Assembly (NCBI RefSeq): GCF_006345805.1
Contig: NC_042998.1
Location: forward strand, 200,942,001 to 201,006,000
Reading direction: 5' to 3'
Length of the DNA stretch: 64,000 bases
Origin: Octopus sinensis
Lineage: Eukaryota
The position numbers were made by a program, and so were the translations under genes. How positions within the stretch are numbered: the stretch's first letter is position 1; every line of letters starts with the position of its first letter. Below are positions 1-15,374 of this stretch, piece by piece. The notes beneath the pieces were generated by a model. The model was not told where the DNA came from and ran no database searches. It saw only the letters and a list, made by a program, of their open reading frames with translations.

Positions 1-262
1 TGTGTCATCTCTTGTGAAAGGTAGGAGAGTCCAGTTTGCTGGACATTGTTGTAGAGCTAAAAAAGAAGTAATTTCTACTCTTCTCCTCTGGAAGCCATCT
101 ACTCGCAATACCAGAGGGCGCACACTCTCCTATCCAGATGTAATCTCCAGGGTACAGGCATCCAGCAACAGGACCTCCGTAATGCTATGATGGACCGTGA
201 AGTCTGGCGTAACATAGTAAATTCCATTGTCTCGACCACGGTCGAACAATGATGATGATGAT
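1..262 (+). mobile_element. RTE-clade LINE, 3' end with (GAT)n tail
   Basis: Translation RRVQFAGHCCRAKKEVISTLLLWKP...RGR..SYPDVISR continues after a frameshift as TGIQQQDLRNAMMDREVWRNIV. This is the typical RTE ORF C-terminus, and it is followed directly by tgatgatgatgat. Confidence 0.8.
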
Positions 263-420
263 GTACTGGAAAATTGGTAAATTTATTCAACACAACGATA
301 CTTGCGGCATACCACTGCACTGCTCCCTAGTAGGCGTTTGATGTGGAACATTATAACGAAACCGAATGCGCCCTGAAGGAAGCCTGCCATGTATATGCGT
401 ATATGTATATATATATATAT

Positions 421-533
421 CACGTGATCACGTGACCGACCAGACCATCAGATGTTGTTAGACATCGCTGGTCACAATGCGTTCGCATTGTTTTAGCCTT
501 CGAATGGCGCCACCCCACTGGCTAAGCGAGCAG

Positions 534-537
<4 letters not shown>
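421..537. mobile_element. Short interspersed-repeat fragment inside a (TA)n tract
   Basis: A GC-richer 117-bp block bounded by (TA)n. It lies between a remnant resembling the end of the SINE-A 5' half (ctgaaggaagcctgcc) and the SINE-A 3' half. Family not verified. Confidence 0.4.
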
Positions 538-577
<40 letters not shown>

Positions 578-581
578 TATA

Positions 582-2423
<1,842 letters not shown>

Positions 2424-4458
2424 ATATATAATATATATATAATATATATATTATATATATATTATATATATATATATATATACCTAAATTAAATTAGAGA
2501 TAAAACCACTATTAGGCAAATCAACCAGTGAAAAACATAAACCAAAACATAGAAGTAATATTAATTAATATAATATACAAAAAATATAAAATTCTAAATT
2601 TAAATTATTCAAATTCAAAATTATTATACATATATATATATATATATATAGGGATAATGCAAACACACATACATGGTATTATATCTAACTATCTATCTAT
2701 CTCCCTATCTATCTATATCTATACTAACCATACATACTGCATACATACTATATGAAATCTGAAACGCATACATATACAGAATCATACATGACTTAGATGG
2801 CCATAGCGGATTCCGTCAATTGTTGCCCCCATTAAATAAATGTAATTTTGTCTATCATATATTGATTTTGTTTCTTTGATGTCTGAGAGCATAATTCAGG
2901 ATGCTAACGAATGAAAACGGGATGTATTGAAATTCGCAATATAAATACCGTTCTACATAAAATCATACTCGACATCCATTTTTTCTCTCCTTCTACCTAT
3001 ACTTAGTGTAATATCGCGTGTCAGTATATGTGTATGTGAGTATTCATGTATTTATATGGTAATATATATATAGCCACAAAGTTATGCATATATAAAAGGA
3101 AATAGACTAAAATAGACACACATGCACATATACATTCATATGTATATATATATATAATATATATATAGTAAAAGGCAAAAGATTTATCCGCTCAGATTGA
3201 TACAAATATAATATTATATTATATTATATTATATTATATCATATGTATATATATATATATGGGTGTATTATTCTTGTACAAGTGGCTTGTACAGTGGCTC
3301 CGAAGTTTCGACGAACTAAACTATTGTACGACGGTAACTTAGCAGCCTGAAACATCGAGTCACTAAGAACAACATTCTCATAAAAGCATAATAGATTTGT
3401 ACTCTACAAAAGGATATAGCAACACACCATATTAATAAAAAAATTGTTTTATTATATCAGAACATAATCACAAACAGTAATATACACACACGCACACACT
3501 CACTCACATCAAATTCTACCCAGATTTTGTGATTCAAAGGGAGGCAACAAGTATATGCCACATACTCTACATGTTACCTAATGTAAATGGAATTGCAAGC
3601 TGCTCGATTTTGAAGCGAATTTTTCCCAGTACAAGAACGTATTCCTCTAAATTAAGATAGCCATCTGAGGAATGATAGCTCTGAATTAAGGCTGTCAGTA
3701 TCACTCATATTTTTCTAAATGCTCCCTGGAATTTAACGAGGCAGAACGGAAACTCCTGGATAAGAATCAGCAGTCACTGTTGCCCTCCTCTCAAATATTT
3801 GATATGCTTATGCCACAAATCTAATTTCCACGATATGTAGCAATTGATAATATCGATTCCAATGTTATAGTTAGCATGGGAAAAATGTGTCTTGAGAAAA
3901 AAAGATGGGGTGCAAGATCTTGTATGCTGAAGCTCGCAATAGAATGATTACAATGGATTGTTTTGAAAGTGAGACTAAAATTTGCCTTTCTCGGCAGTGT
4001 GATACGAAATAGATGAGAAAAGTTGGGCGGATAAGGCGCAATACAATTTGTTCAGATGCTGAAGCCTAGGAAACACATTTATGAACGGCTGATATTTCAG
4101 TCAAAACATAAGATTGTTACTCACTCTGTAAATTAATTGGCAATGTTGGATCCTAAGATAAGCACCGCCTAGGTGTTTTAAAATGTGGTATTCGCCGCAT
4201 GTATTGCAAGAATAGTTACGGGACGAGGGCAGAAATATAACCTAGAAAAATCTCTTCACGTGACATAATTTTTAACAGTTACAGAAATGCTTTGACTCTG
4301 TAAATAGAAGGCAATTTGTAACTATAAAACCCTGACATTCCACCTAATTTCTCAAATCTCACATATTTAATCTGATCTACAACGGGGAAGACCGACAAAA
4401 GCAGTCTCTGCAGATCCGTAAAGATGCATACAAATATACATACATACGTGTGTGTATA

Positions 4459-4496
<38 letters not shown>

Positions 4497-4519
4497 GGTA
4501 TATATATATATATATATAT

Positions 4520-5062
4520 AAACTGTACTGGGAGAAGAAGAAGAAACGGAAGGAATCGAATCGACGCGAAGGCGCTCAGTCATACAATAGTGTAATAAAT
4601 AAAATATATGCATACATACAAACATATATGTACGTACCTACATCTACATGTATATATACATGCATATATAAATATATATACGTGAATACAGGACACCACA
4701 AATAGACGTAGAACTCAACGAGAAACGAAAACGTAAAAACAAGCGTGGAAACGGACCTAAACGAAAAAAAAGAGTAGAAGACAAACTACACCACCTTCGA
4801 AACACGCTGGAGTTGAACTAGGGACAGCTGATGAAGGGGATTTTTCCTTGTGTAGTTTGTCTTGTACTCTGTTTTTTTCGTTTAGGTCCGTTTCCACGTT
4901 TGTTTTTACGTTTTCCTTTCTCGTTGTGTTCTACGTCTATTTGTGGTGTCCTGTACTCACGTATATATATTTATATATGCATGTATATATACATGTAGAT
5001 GTAGGTACGTACATATATGTATGTATGTATGTATGTATGCATATATTTTATTTATTACACTA
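4520..5062. mobile_element. (TA)n-flanked fold-back element: arms 4588-4791 / 4850-5062, spacer with HHR-like half motifs
   Basis: ~205-bp inverted arms read by eye. The spacer contains ccttcGAAAC (GAAAC at 4799-4803) and CTGATGAagggg (4828-4839). A unique tail occupies 4520-4587. Confidence 0.8.
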
Positions 5063-7049
5063 TATATACATATATATATATATAATAAATTTTCGCGTAA
5101 TAAGATAAAATTCCAAGGTTGTTACGCAAAAAATTCATATATACACACGCTGACATAGAACCAACTTTGAACCCTTTATTCGTAAAATTACCGAATCTGG
5201 AACGTAACTATGGTTTGTCTATAGCACATATTCAGCAGTACTTGACAACGTTGGGTCTCAATGACACCATTATCTCTTATAACCTCAACTTCTCGATATA
5301 CATATATATATATATATATAAATACAAAACTCATATATGCGTATGTATGTGCATAAACATATATGTATTCATGCATGCATACATATATGCATACATACAT
5401 ATCATAGCAATGGATATCTGTGGTTCGACGATGAGGATTCGTTTGATTGGTGAACTGGGATGCTTGTTCATAGAAGGAACGTGTCAACATTAAATCACTG
5501 CAAACCCATTTACGTCTGGCGTAATTGTCAGACAGAAGCAACATGACACAGTTCGTTACAGTTCAATTGGTGTGTTTCTATAGAGTTACTATCCGTTCGG
5601 TTTCATTCGCAAGTTATGGGTCTACCAGGGGCTGTAGAAAATGAAACCTGCCGAATATTGCCATCAGATGCAACGGACAAATAGCTGGAAAGCGAACTTT
5701 GTAGCCAGGTTCATAGAAAGATGCACTCCCATACTTGTACGCGTATGTGTCCTTATATAAATGGATCAGTCTTTAGATTAGTAATCTAACCGGCAAAAAT
5801 CTGATTGATGTATTGTCATATCCAAATACATATATATGTAACCGGGACACGAATATATTTCATCGATCAAACTAGTCTTATATAAATCCATCCTGTCGCG
5901 TCAGCAGCCTGTAAATTGTATTTAAAGACATGGACATCTAGGTTAATTATACAAATAGCATTCAAGTCACGAGTTGTAAGAATATGTTGAAACTTAGTAG
6001 ATATCGGACTTGTTCGTGGTCAGTGTTGGGAAAAACTATAGACTGCATCAACAAACATTGTGACAGACATGTGTGAACCTGTAACAGATGCTTATAAACC
6101 CAAATCCTTAAGAATATTTATTCTGAAAATCATGGGTATGAGATTGTTTCGTAAAAGAAATAATATATGTTTATAGGGTGGCTTTCGTCACTTTACAGAA
6201 GCAGCTAGACTGTACACAAATCTTTGTTGTCACGGTAACTTTTTTCAATATATTCACCTTTTTAGACAAAGTTTTAAGAAGTAGAAAGCACCCGAAATAC
6301 ACTGGCACGCACACACACACATAATACATACAAAATTATATGTGGCTATTGAACGAACTACGATATAAAACTCAGCGTCGCCAGCTTATGTTTGAACTCT
6401 AGTTAGACGCCTACTAATTGACCAAGCTATTTCTCAAATTCTTCACCATGTCCGTCTTGTAACATTTAGCAGCAGCTCAAAGGGCGTTTGAGAATTCATA
6501 ATTTTACGATTACAGATTTTTATGCAGCAAGAATAATTTTTTTATATTACTTGAAATTAATCGATAGAAACTTCAATTATTTGCATATATATATATGTGT
6601 GTGTGTGTGTGTGTAAATAAAATAGGTATAACACACATGTGCACATAGGCTCGCTGCACTCATGCATATACATGCATGCATACATATATGTATGTATGAG
6701 AGAGAGAGAGAGAGAAATAGAGAGAGAGAGAAATAGAGAGAGTTTGTGATGTAAATAAACTATCTTGGGCTTCGTATGTAAAATATATTTACATGTATAC
6801 ATGTAACTATATGTATTTATGTATTTATGTATTATATATTATATATAATATATTATATATTTATATATTCTGTAAAGAATGTAGTTGAGTACGCTATAGA
6901 GCTCGTCCACCATCTGATTTACCCTGTGCTGTCATTAGTAGCATTGTACGTACTTCTATGTTTGTGTTTGAGCTTCTGTCGCTTGTGAATTGATAGGTGA
7001 TGAAATTGGGATCAACAAGAAGGGGTACAGTTGGACATTCATCTTTTAA

Positions 7050-7153
7050 GAGCTACAATTGTTTCGACGCAACGTAGTTTTCCCGCTGTGCAGGTACTTC
7101 ATTATGTAACTGTTTCTATGCATTTTGAGATCTAGTTATTTTTCATCAGGTGA
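7050..7153 (-). ncRNA. Degenerate hammerhead-like motif
   Basis: Minus strand reads CTGATGA ... cGAAA-caattg-TA, with palindromic stem III acaattgt. Stems I and II pair poorly. Confidence 0.35.
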
Positions 7154-7611
7154 TATTTAAATATTGTCTCCGTAAGTTTAAAATCGCTCGGCTTCCAGAA
7201 CACCCTGTCCGACTGTTGTGGTCTGTGTTTAATACAAGTTACTTAGCTCACCAGGGTGTTTTGTTGCTGAAGGGCCGTTATCAGACTGCTCTGAATGTAT
7301 AGATGTAATAGAATGGTGATTCTGGTACTGTTAAAATGGTTGCCGTTTTGAGGGGATTGGTATTTTAAACGGCAGCCAAGTATGCCTAAATCTTCTGCAG
7401 CATGAACAGGGTACATGAACTATTGAAAAAAAGGAAGTCATCATGGAGAATCTTAAAATAGTCATGATGGTATGTACACAAGGCTTTTCATAATTTTTTT
7501 ATGTATTTCATGTCCTGAACATATGAGAAGAGTTAAGACGTGAAGTAACAATGCATCTCAATCACAGCAGCGTTTGGAAGAGAGAAAATAAATACATATG
7601 AGTGTGCGTAT

Positions 7612-7700
<89 letters not shown>

Positions 7701-8544
7701 TAATTGGATATATGGAAGCAGGAGGTGATTTGCATTATCATTATGGTACCTATTCGTAATAATAATGTTTTCTGAGATTTCTCTTATTAGGTGTGCAACT
7801 TTGCGATGTCTACTTTAACCTCTAAAGCTCTAAATTCCGGGAAGGAAGACATTGATACTTCATTTGAGAAAACAAATGTAAGAAAAAAAAATTGTAAAAT
7901 TAAATACTAACTCACTTCATTCTGTTCTAATTTATCTCTAAAGGCAGAAAAAATTATGTAAATGTATAATTTTATTGCAGCACATAGATATGTGTAAATA
8001 TTCATTTATTTAATGCTGTTTTAGTGTTATTTATGCTATATATGGAGCGAAAGCGTTACGTATAAGTCATATTGTAAAGAATGTAATGGTAAATCTGCGA
8101 AGATACAGACATTTCGAATAAGATATTGAATGATATTTTATAAATCGCTGCTAATATCCGTACCATAGACAATTTCGGTTAATAATAAAAATATTTATGA
8201 AAGTATTAATGGCTTTAACGTCATTTTAAAGATCGGCTACTGAGATTTAGCATTGCAATAATTCTATTCAGTCGTATTACACGTAATGACGAGAGGAGCT
8301 AGAAGACTATAAAGGTGCGAACTATAACGATAAACGATTTCATATACCAGATTGAATTTCCAGAAATTCTGTTTCATTGACAAAAGTACGAAGATCACGT
8401 AGTGTGGATATATCCGACGTGTTTGAGGAAAATGAACAATGTATCTTACCCACAATAACCGAAATAACAGTAACGTTTCCGATGTTCCTAACATTTCAAA
8501 TCTCTCAGAAATAACACACATTTTAAATAATGTCCAGCAATAGT

Positions 8545-8761
8545 CTTTTTTACTCTTTTACTTGTTTCAGTCATTTGACTGCGGACATGCTGGAGCACCG
8601 CCTTTAGTCGGGCAAATCGACCCCGCCCCGGGACTTATTCTTTTTGTAAGCCCAGTACTTATTCTATCGTTCTCTTTTGCCGAACCGCTAAGTGACGGGG
8701 ACGTAAACACACCAGCATCGGTTGTCAAGCAATGCTAGGGGGGAAAAACACAGACACACAA

Positions 8762-8802
<41 letters not shown>

Positions 8803-8970
8803 CATTATACGACAGGCTTCTTTCAGTTTCCGTCTACCAAATCCACTCACAAGGCATTGGTCGGCCCGGGGCTATAGCAGAAGACACTTGCCCAAGATGC
8901 CACGCAGTGGGACTGAACCCAGAACCATGTGGTTGGTTAGCAAGCTACTTACCACGCAGCCACTCCTGCG
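8545..8970 (-). mobile_element. tRNA-derived SINE, family A (full length)
   Basis: Pol III A-box-like tggctgcgtgg and B-box-like ggttcagtccc, an internal (TA)/(TG) microsatellite, and the 3' end ggcggtgctccagcatg..cagtcaaatgactgaaacaagtaaaag. Many copies occur in this window. Confidence 0.9.
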
Positions 8971-9880
8971 GGACCTTTTTTACTAACAATCCTATTTAAT
9001 ATGAAATCCAATCACTAATACATATGTCATTCGAGTAACACTTGGCATGAAATGAATGACATGTCGATAACACGGTCGTATATTCTACGTTGAATCTACT
9101 CGTTAGGATTATTTATTACTTGTCGATTGCCTCTTATTTCTATTTAGTCATAATATACTTTTGATATAATTATATCTTTCACTAATAAGTTTTGTCATAA
9201 CGACTTCACGTATGTAAAGCAAATATTTCTATAGTAATCCATTCAAATACATTTTTACGCTTAATTGTGTGCGTAATGCATACTAACTCACATACCATGT
9301 ACACAACAGAGTGAAAATCAAATGAACTGCAATAAATTAGAATTATATAAAGCCTCTCTGACAGTTAAATAAGAATTAGAATGGATGCATTCCTACTGTA
9401 TGATTAACGTGCATACAAAACGGAGTCTCTTCACGGATCAGTTAAAAACTTCTCAGCGAATACATTTTTATCCTTCTCTCACTAATATAGCCTAAACTAA
9501 GAAAATATACGTATTCCCTGAGAAAGTCAACAAAGTCTCAAGCGGTCAGTCAGAAAATTCCTTTCTATATTCCCATAGATCAATATTATAGAATTAGTGT
9601 ATTTAGGTCATTATTCTCATTTCACACAAATGAAGGAGTTAAAATAATCAAAATTAATTCACCTCAATTAAATTATATAACATTGCGCATGGATGCTGTT
9701 CAATTCATAACGAGCTATCAAAATCAAAAATATTGTAATTAGGAAAATCGCTCATGTACTAGTCTAATTCATTACCGTTCTATAAGTATCTGGTCTATGC
9801 TATTGAATCAATGCTTCCACACCTCAAAAGCATAGGTTTCTTACACTTCTATGCTTATATATATGTATATATATATATAC

Positions 9881-10408
9881 TGAATTTTTCTATTGAATTT
9901 TTTGCTACCCTTATATTGATTAATTAATGATTTTTTGGCTAATTCTGAAATTAAATCAGCAGCATATATATTTGCTGCTGATAAGTTGGCGCGATGACGG
10001 TAGATTTTGAAAATTTAGAGTATATATTCCCAAGGCATCGATGTTGTTGCCTCGTGGAATATTTATTCCTCCTGGCTTCTTTGCCGATGAGACGGGCCTG
10101 TGGTAAATTGACTTGATTAAATTTAATTTAATTTAATTAGGCTGGTTTGCCAAAGTATGTGGAAACTATGCATAGTCCAAAGATGATTCGGGTAAATGTT
10201 TTTAATTTTCCTTTGATTTCTGAATTACTACTATTTAGCGGTTTGAGTTTAGCTGCTCGTTTTAGTGAGTTGAATGGCCTATTAAGGCCATTCCTTAATA
10301 TTATTGTTGAATGTACATTATATAGTCTATTGACTATTTTTCTTTCTCACTAGACCGGTGGTGCCGAAAAAATTTCTATTGAATTTTTTGCTACCCTTAT
10401 ATTGATTA

Positions 10409-10410
<2 letters not shown>
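9881..10410 (+). mobile_element. Retrozyme/PLE-pLTR-like element: 486-bp unit with 38-bp terminal direct repeat, in (TA)n
   Basis: tttctattgaattttttgctacccttatattgattaat occurs at 9887 and 10373. There is (TA)n on both sides and an internal HHR-like motif. Confidence 0.7.
10078..10183 (+). ncRNA. Type I hammerhead ribozyme-like motif (U4C core variant)
   Basis: Stem I tctttg/caaaga (6 bp). Core CCGATGA. Long stem II hairpin with a G-G mismatch at its base. GAAA, palindromic stem III actatgcatagt, GUC triplet at 10175-10177. Confidence 0.6.
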
Positions 10411-10472
<62 letters not shown>

Positions 10473-11081
10473 GTGTTGCTGATATATGTACCTAGTTACA
10501 TTACACACCCTTCTTGCTCTCCAGTTCAGAAAGTCTGTGATGTAATGTTAGTCCAGTTTGGAACTTTAACTTAGTTGCACCGGCTGCGATTTAAACCCCA
10601 AAATAAATAAAGAAATAATTGGTTAAATATTTTCCATCTTGGACATACCTGTTTCCATTCATGCTCTACACGAACTTTTTATACAGAACTACAGATTTAA
10701 ACATAAATAAAGAGTGTAACATGAGAAGCTACATTTGCAATCTCAGCACGCTCTCAGTTGGTGTATTTGTCGTAGTTGTTGCTCTTGCTTAGTTCGGTTG
10801 TCTTCTTTCCCAGAGAATGAATAATGAGTTATGTATGCTATAAAGCTAAAACACACGCAATACTTGTGTTCTTTATCAGAGTGCCTGACATCTATGCAGT
10901 CTAGCAAGCTGTCATAATACATCCCATCTCACTTATCTTGTGCATATAAATGTGTTCAGTATGAGACACGAGAAAGTGATATAAACGGAAAGATATTATG
11001 AGAGAGACAAAAATCCGCGCAGAACGCTCAAACGTGAACAAATTTCTACGGCAATATAGCACACTCACACACATACACACA

Positions 11082-11139
11082 CACACGCGTAGAATCATAT
11101 AGTAAGTAATTATATATGTATATCTATACATGTACATTA

Positions 11140-11182
<43 letters not shown>

Positions 11183-11275
11183 CACACACACATAAACCCT
11201 TACACGCACACGCGCGTAGAATCACATAGTAAGTAATTATATATGTATATCTATACATGTATATTAAATTTAATA
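11082..11275. repeat. Two-copy ~128-bp minisatellite
   Basis: cgcgtagaatcaYatagtaagtaattatatatgtatatctatacatgta is repeated, separated by (TA)n/(CA)n. Confidence 0.7.
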
Positions 11276-11320
11276 TATATATCCTATACACACATACACA
11301 CACGCAGATATATATATACA

Positions 11321-12830
11321 CTTTGGATAGGTTTTCGGCCATTATTGGCCCAGGCCATGTCTAACTTAATAGCACCACCTGGTGAAGTCTTTCAAGTCAG
11401 AATTTGGGCACTATGGCCCACTCAAGTAGAGAGTTATTGTTTACAGAGACATATCCGGGTGTAGGGGGTTTATCCGGTGATTTCTTGAAGGAATCTGTCC
11501 AAAGACTTCTTGAACCCTATAGGGTCAGTTTTCTGTTTTAATGTGTTTTGGTGTAATGTTAAAGAGAGCGGGGCCAATTGAGGTGAAATAATTGTGCCGT
11601 ATTGTGTTATGAGATGAGAGTGCGATTTTGTTTTGGGCGGATGGCACGGGGCCCAACCTTGGATGTACCTTGAAGGTGATGCCAATATCATTTGGGCAAT
11701 GCTGATGGAATATTTTCCACATCCTGCAGATGATTAGCGCTCAGACGACGTTGGAGAGAATAGAGTTTTAGCTTTTCTAGTCGACCCCATAGTCGAGGCC
11801 TGTCATGCCATCTATCTTTTTTGTGATTGCCCTTTGAGGTGCTTCAACTTTTATGATACGTGTATTGTGTGAGGTGACCACAGTGGACAACAGTATTCAA
11901 GGTGGGGTCGGGCAAAAGTGGAGAAGAGAAGGATAATGGTGTGGATATCTCTCGACTGGAAATTTCTGAGAATCCAGGAACACATTCTGCGGCCATGTCA
12001 ACTTTGGTGTTTATATGAGTGGCCCAGCTTATGTTGTTGTCCACAATTACTCCCAAGTCTCTGATGTTTGTTGGACGCCGCGAGAGTTTCACCTGAAGGA
12101 AGGAGTATGGGAGTTTCAGGGCATCTCTTTTCCAAAGTGGATTAGCTCAAATATCCTCGTTCAGCAGCAATTGTTTTTTCTGCCCATTGGATAACAGCCA
12201 TAGATCTGACTGAAGGCATGTCCGGTCACTCGCCTCATTTATGACCTTCTGTAGCTGGAGTCATCTGCAAAGATATTTATGTTGCTGTGCTTGATGATGT
12301 CATTAATGTCATTAATGTAAATGATGAAAAAGAGGTGGGCCCAGCACAGTGCCTTGCGGAACGCCACTACTGACTTTGGCTGGGCTTGATTTTACCCCTT
12401 CAACAACTGTTGAGATCTGTCTGTCAGGAAACACTTAATGCCATTTCAGTAACTTTCCAGAGACACCAATGTTGGATAGTTTTTTTCAATAGGATCTTGT
12501 GATGACCTGTCGAAGGCCTTACTGAAATCAATGTAGATGACATCGGTGTTGGAGCCCTCTCCCAAAGCTCTCAAAATGTCCTCAAGTGATGCAGGAGCTG
12601 CGTTAGGCGTCCCTTCCATTACGGAAACCATGTTGGTTGGAGATCAGCCGTCTGTGCTTTCCAGAAATTGGTTATTCGAGATCTCACCACCCTCTCAAAT
12701 ACCTTGATATATGAGAGGTGAGTGAGATCGGACGGTAATTCACTGCAAGGGACTTGTTTCCCTTTTTGAAAACTGGGACAACAGACTGGACAGAAGGTTT
12801 TTTGGAATATAGCCAGCATCCAGTGATGCA
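11321..12830 (-). mobile_element. CR1-like LINE, 5'-truncated and frameshifted RT plus 3' region
   Basis: Motifs DVIYIDFSKAFD, SGVPQGTVLGP, YINDI...IFADD, IRDLGVIVDNNISW..HI, PHLEYCCPLW, and HNYFTSIGPALFN...FKKSLDRFL, spread over several frames. Confidence 0.9.
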
Positions 12831-12858
12831 TTATATATATATACATTAATATATATAC

Positions 12859-12901
<43 letters not shown>

Positions 12902-12917
12902 TATATTATATATATAC

Positions 12918-12954
<37 letters not shown>

Positions 12955-13544
12955 ATAGATATATGTATACTTTATATATATATGTATATATACATATATA
13001 CCCATATATATATGATGAATATTATATATTAAATATATATATAACATTACCTATATGTATATATAACAATTAAACACTACACACACGCACACACAGACAA
13101 CACACACAACACACACACACACACACACTATATATATATAATATATAATTATATATATATACATATATATATATACGCCTGCCTGTACATATACATTATG
13201 AAACAGAGCTCATAGTAAGCTGCCCTGCTTGTGTGCAGCAATCGAGAAGAACCTATCTTACGATAAAGAAGTAACCGCAACGCCGTCCTGAAAATTCAGT
13301 ATCATAGCACAGAGACAGCAAAGCTATATATGGTTAAAATTATATCTTTTGTCTATAAATAAATTTTGTGAAGATGTTTTCTCAGAAATAAATATGATTT
13401 CCACAAATATACCGTTGGGCCTCCATAAATTATATTAATAATTAAACTATCAAATTGCACTATGGTACGTAATAATGATTCCAACTTTTGCTAGAAGGTC
13501 AGTAGTTTTCGAGTACGGGCAATTAAATTCCATTGTTCACAGTG

Positions 13545-13672
13545 ATAAACTGGTACTTATTTGTTCAACAGCGAAAGAATGAAAGACAAAGTCAACATCG
13601 GTGGCATTTGAACTCAGAACCTAAGAAAAGCCGCAAACCATTCTGCCCGGTGTTTAAACAATCCTGCCAGCC
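13545..13672 (-). mobile_element. SINE family B, degenerate copy
   Basis: gaatgaaagacaaagtcaacatcggtggcatttgaactcagaac matches the family B core. Confidence 0.6.
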
Positions 13673-13791
13673 AGCCTGTTTCCTAAACATACGACCTTTA
13701 CTTACCGTCTAGATTTATGTGTGCTGTATTTTGTACCTGAAAATATTTGATTCCTCACTTTTAGAACATTGTATATATATATAGATATATA

Positions 13792-13822
<31 letters not shown>

Positions 13823-13824
<2 letters not shown>

Positions 13825-13928
13825 AAAGCAATAAAGATTCAAGTTAATTTAAATGAATTACTTGAATATGGTACCTAACTTAGATGCACCAAAAAAACTA
13901 TACTGTTTAAACAAAACAGTAATGTTGA
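13823..13928. repeat. (TA)n-embedded fragment homologous to the tail at 62553-62660
   Basis: Shared gcaataaagattcaagttaatttaaatgaat(t)tacttgaatatggtacctaacttagatgcac. Confidence 0.8.
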
Positions 13929-14004
13929 TATATATATATATATGCATATATATATATGTATATATATATGTGCGTGTGTGTATGTGTGTATATGATATAT
14001 ATGT

Positions 14005-15374
14005 AACATAGCGTACCCTAACTCTTAGGAATGATAGTTGGATAGATTGAAGGTGTATGAATTGTTTTATAGCTCTGTTATTAAGACAAAGGAGCTATTT
14101 GAATGACCGCTAAGTAAGGGGAGGGGCATGTTCATACCTACACATGCGCACCCGCTCACACACGTGCGTGCGTCTAAAACTATACATTCATCCACCCTGA
14201 CTTGAAAACGTACACATCCTCACTCTCACCAATCGTCAAATCTATATGTATATACATACAAACCCCTACACATATACACACGCACGAAACCAGCTGTTCA
14301 TGCATGGATAAAATTTTGTGCCCGCTAAATGGAGTTTGCATGTCCGAGACCATCATTTACTAAGCCACCCTAATGACACGGATTCGACGAAAAAATACGT
14401 GGGCCTTACAGAGGGTAATTTAAAGACCATGTTCAATAATCACACCTTGAGCTTTAGGCACTGGGATGAAAAGGAAAACGACCAAATTCTCCAGTCACAT
14501 ATGGTCATTAAAAGCTTAATTTGTCAGTTACAGCATCCATTGGAAGATCATATACAACAGGTGTAAGCGCTAAACCAATACATGGAAAGATGGCTCATCT
14601 GGAAAAGCAGCTTAGACCCCGCTACATGTCTGAATTCAAGAACTGAACTTTTCGGATCATGCCCATATGTGGCCAAATATTTGTTACGTTTTTGCCCCCC
14701 CCCCGAGACTACAGATAGAACTTGCTTTCTATATTGTGTCCACGCACAAGCTTCTTACATCTTTATAAATTTCTTATATATTTTTAATTATATTTTTTAT
14801 ACATATATTTCTTACATATTTATACAGATATTGGTTTATAGGTTTATTGCTAATATATATTTTACACATAATTTTTCTATATTCTACCTTCCACCCTGCA
14901 TTTTCCCTGTGCGTATATAGACGTGTATATGGAATCTTTTGTGCGCGCGTCTGGAAATGTGCGTGTGTGCGGGTACGCATTTTACTCTGTTTTTACACAT
15001 TTTCCTGTATTTTTGCCTTTAGCCCTGTTTTTTCTTGTGTATGTGCGCATATAGCCGTATGTATCTTCCTTTTTGTGTGTGCGTGTGTGTGCGTATATAG
15101 ACGTGTGCGGGTATGTGCGTATATAGGCGTGTGTGTGTGCAGGCATAAGGGTATGTGCATATATAGATGTGGTTTACTCTTTGTATACGCATTTATGCTT
15201 TTTTCTGTATCGTTACGCTTAGACTTTTTTCTTGTGCTTGTGCGTATATAGACGTGTGTGTGAGCCCTAATGGTGCGCGCATGTGTGTGTGGGTTTGTAT
15301 GTATATGCATATACATTTGACGAATGGTGAGAGTGAGGATGTGTACGTTTTCAAGTAAGGGTGGATGAATGTAT
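14005..15374 (+). mobile_element. Penelope-like element remnant: GIY-YIG endonuclease C-terminus + 3' UTR, preceded by an inverted copy of its 3' end
   Basis: KKYVGLTEGNLKTMFNNHTLSFRH ... HIWSLK ... YSIHWKII ... LNSRTELFGSCPYVAKYLL (frameshifted, about 14390-14690). Inverted repeat 14182-14285 / ~15272-15374 (atacattcatccaccct.acttgaaaacgtacacatcctcactctcacc). Confidence 0.8.

Noticed and set aside
3261-3450. Hammerhead in a (TA)n-adjacent block (gaaacatcgagtc)
   Set aside because: No CUGANGA box or pairing stems were found.
3560-4260. Possible ancient LINE ORF1 (PPRCFK-like zinc-knuckle start near 4165)
   Set aside because: Too degenerate, with many stops and a frameshift inside the motif. 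Cannot be supported.
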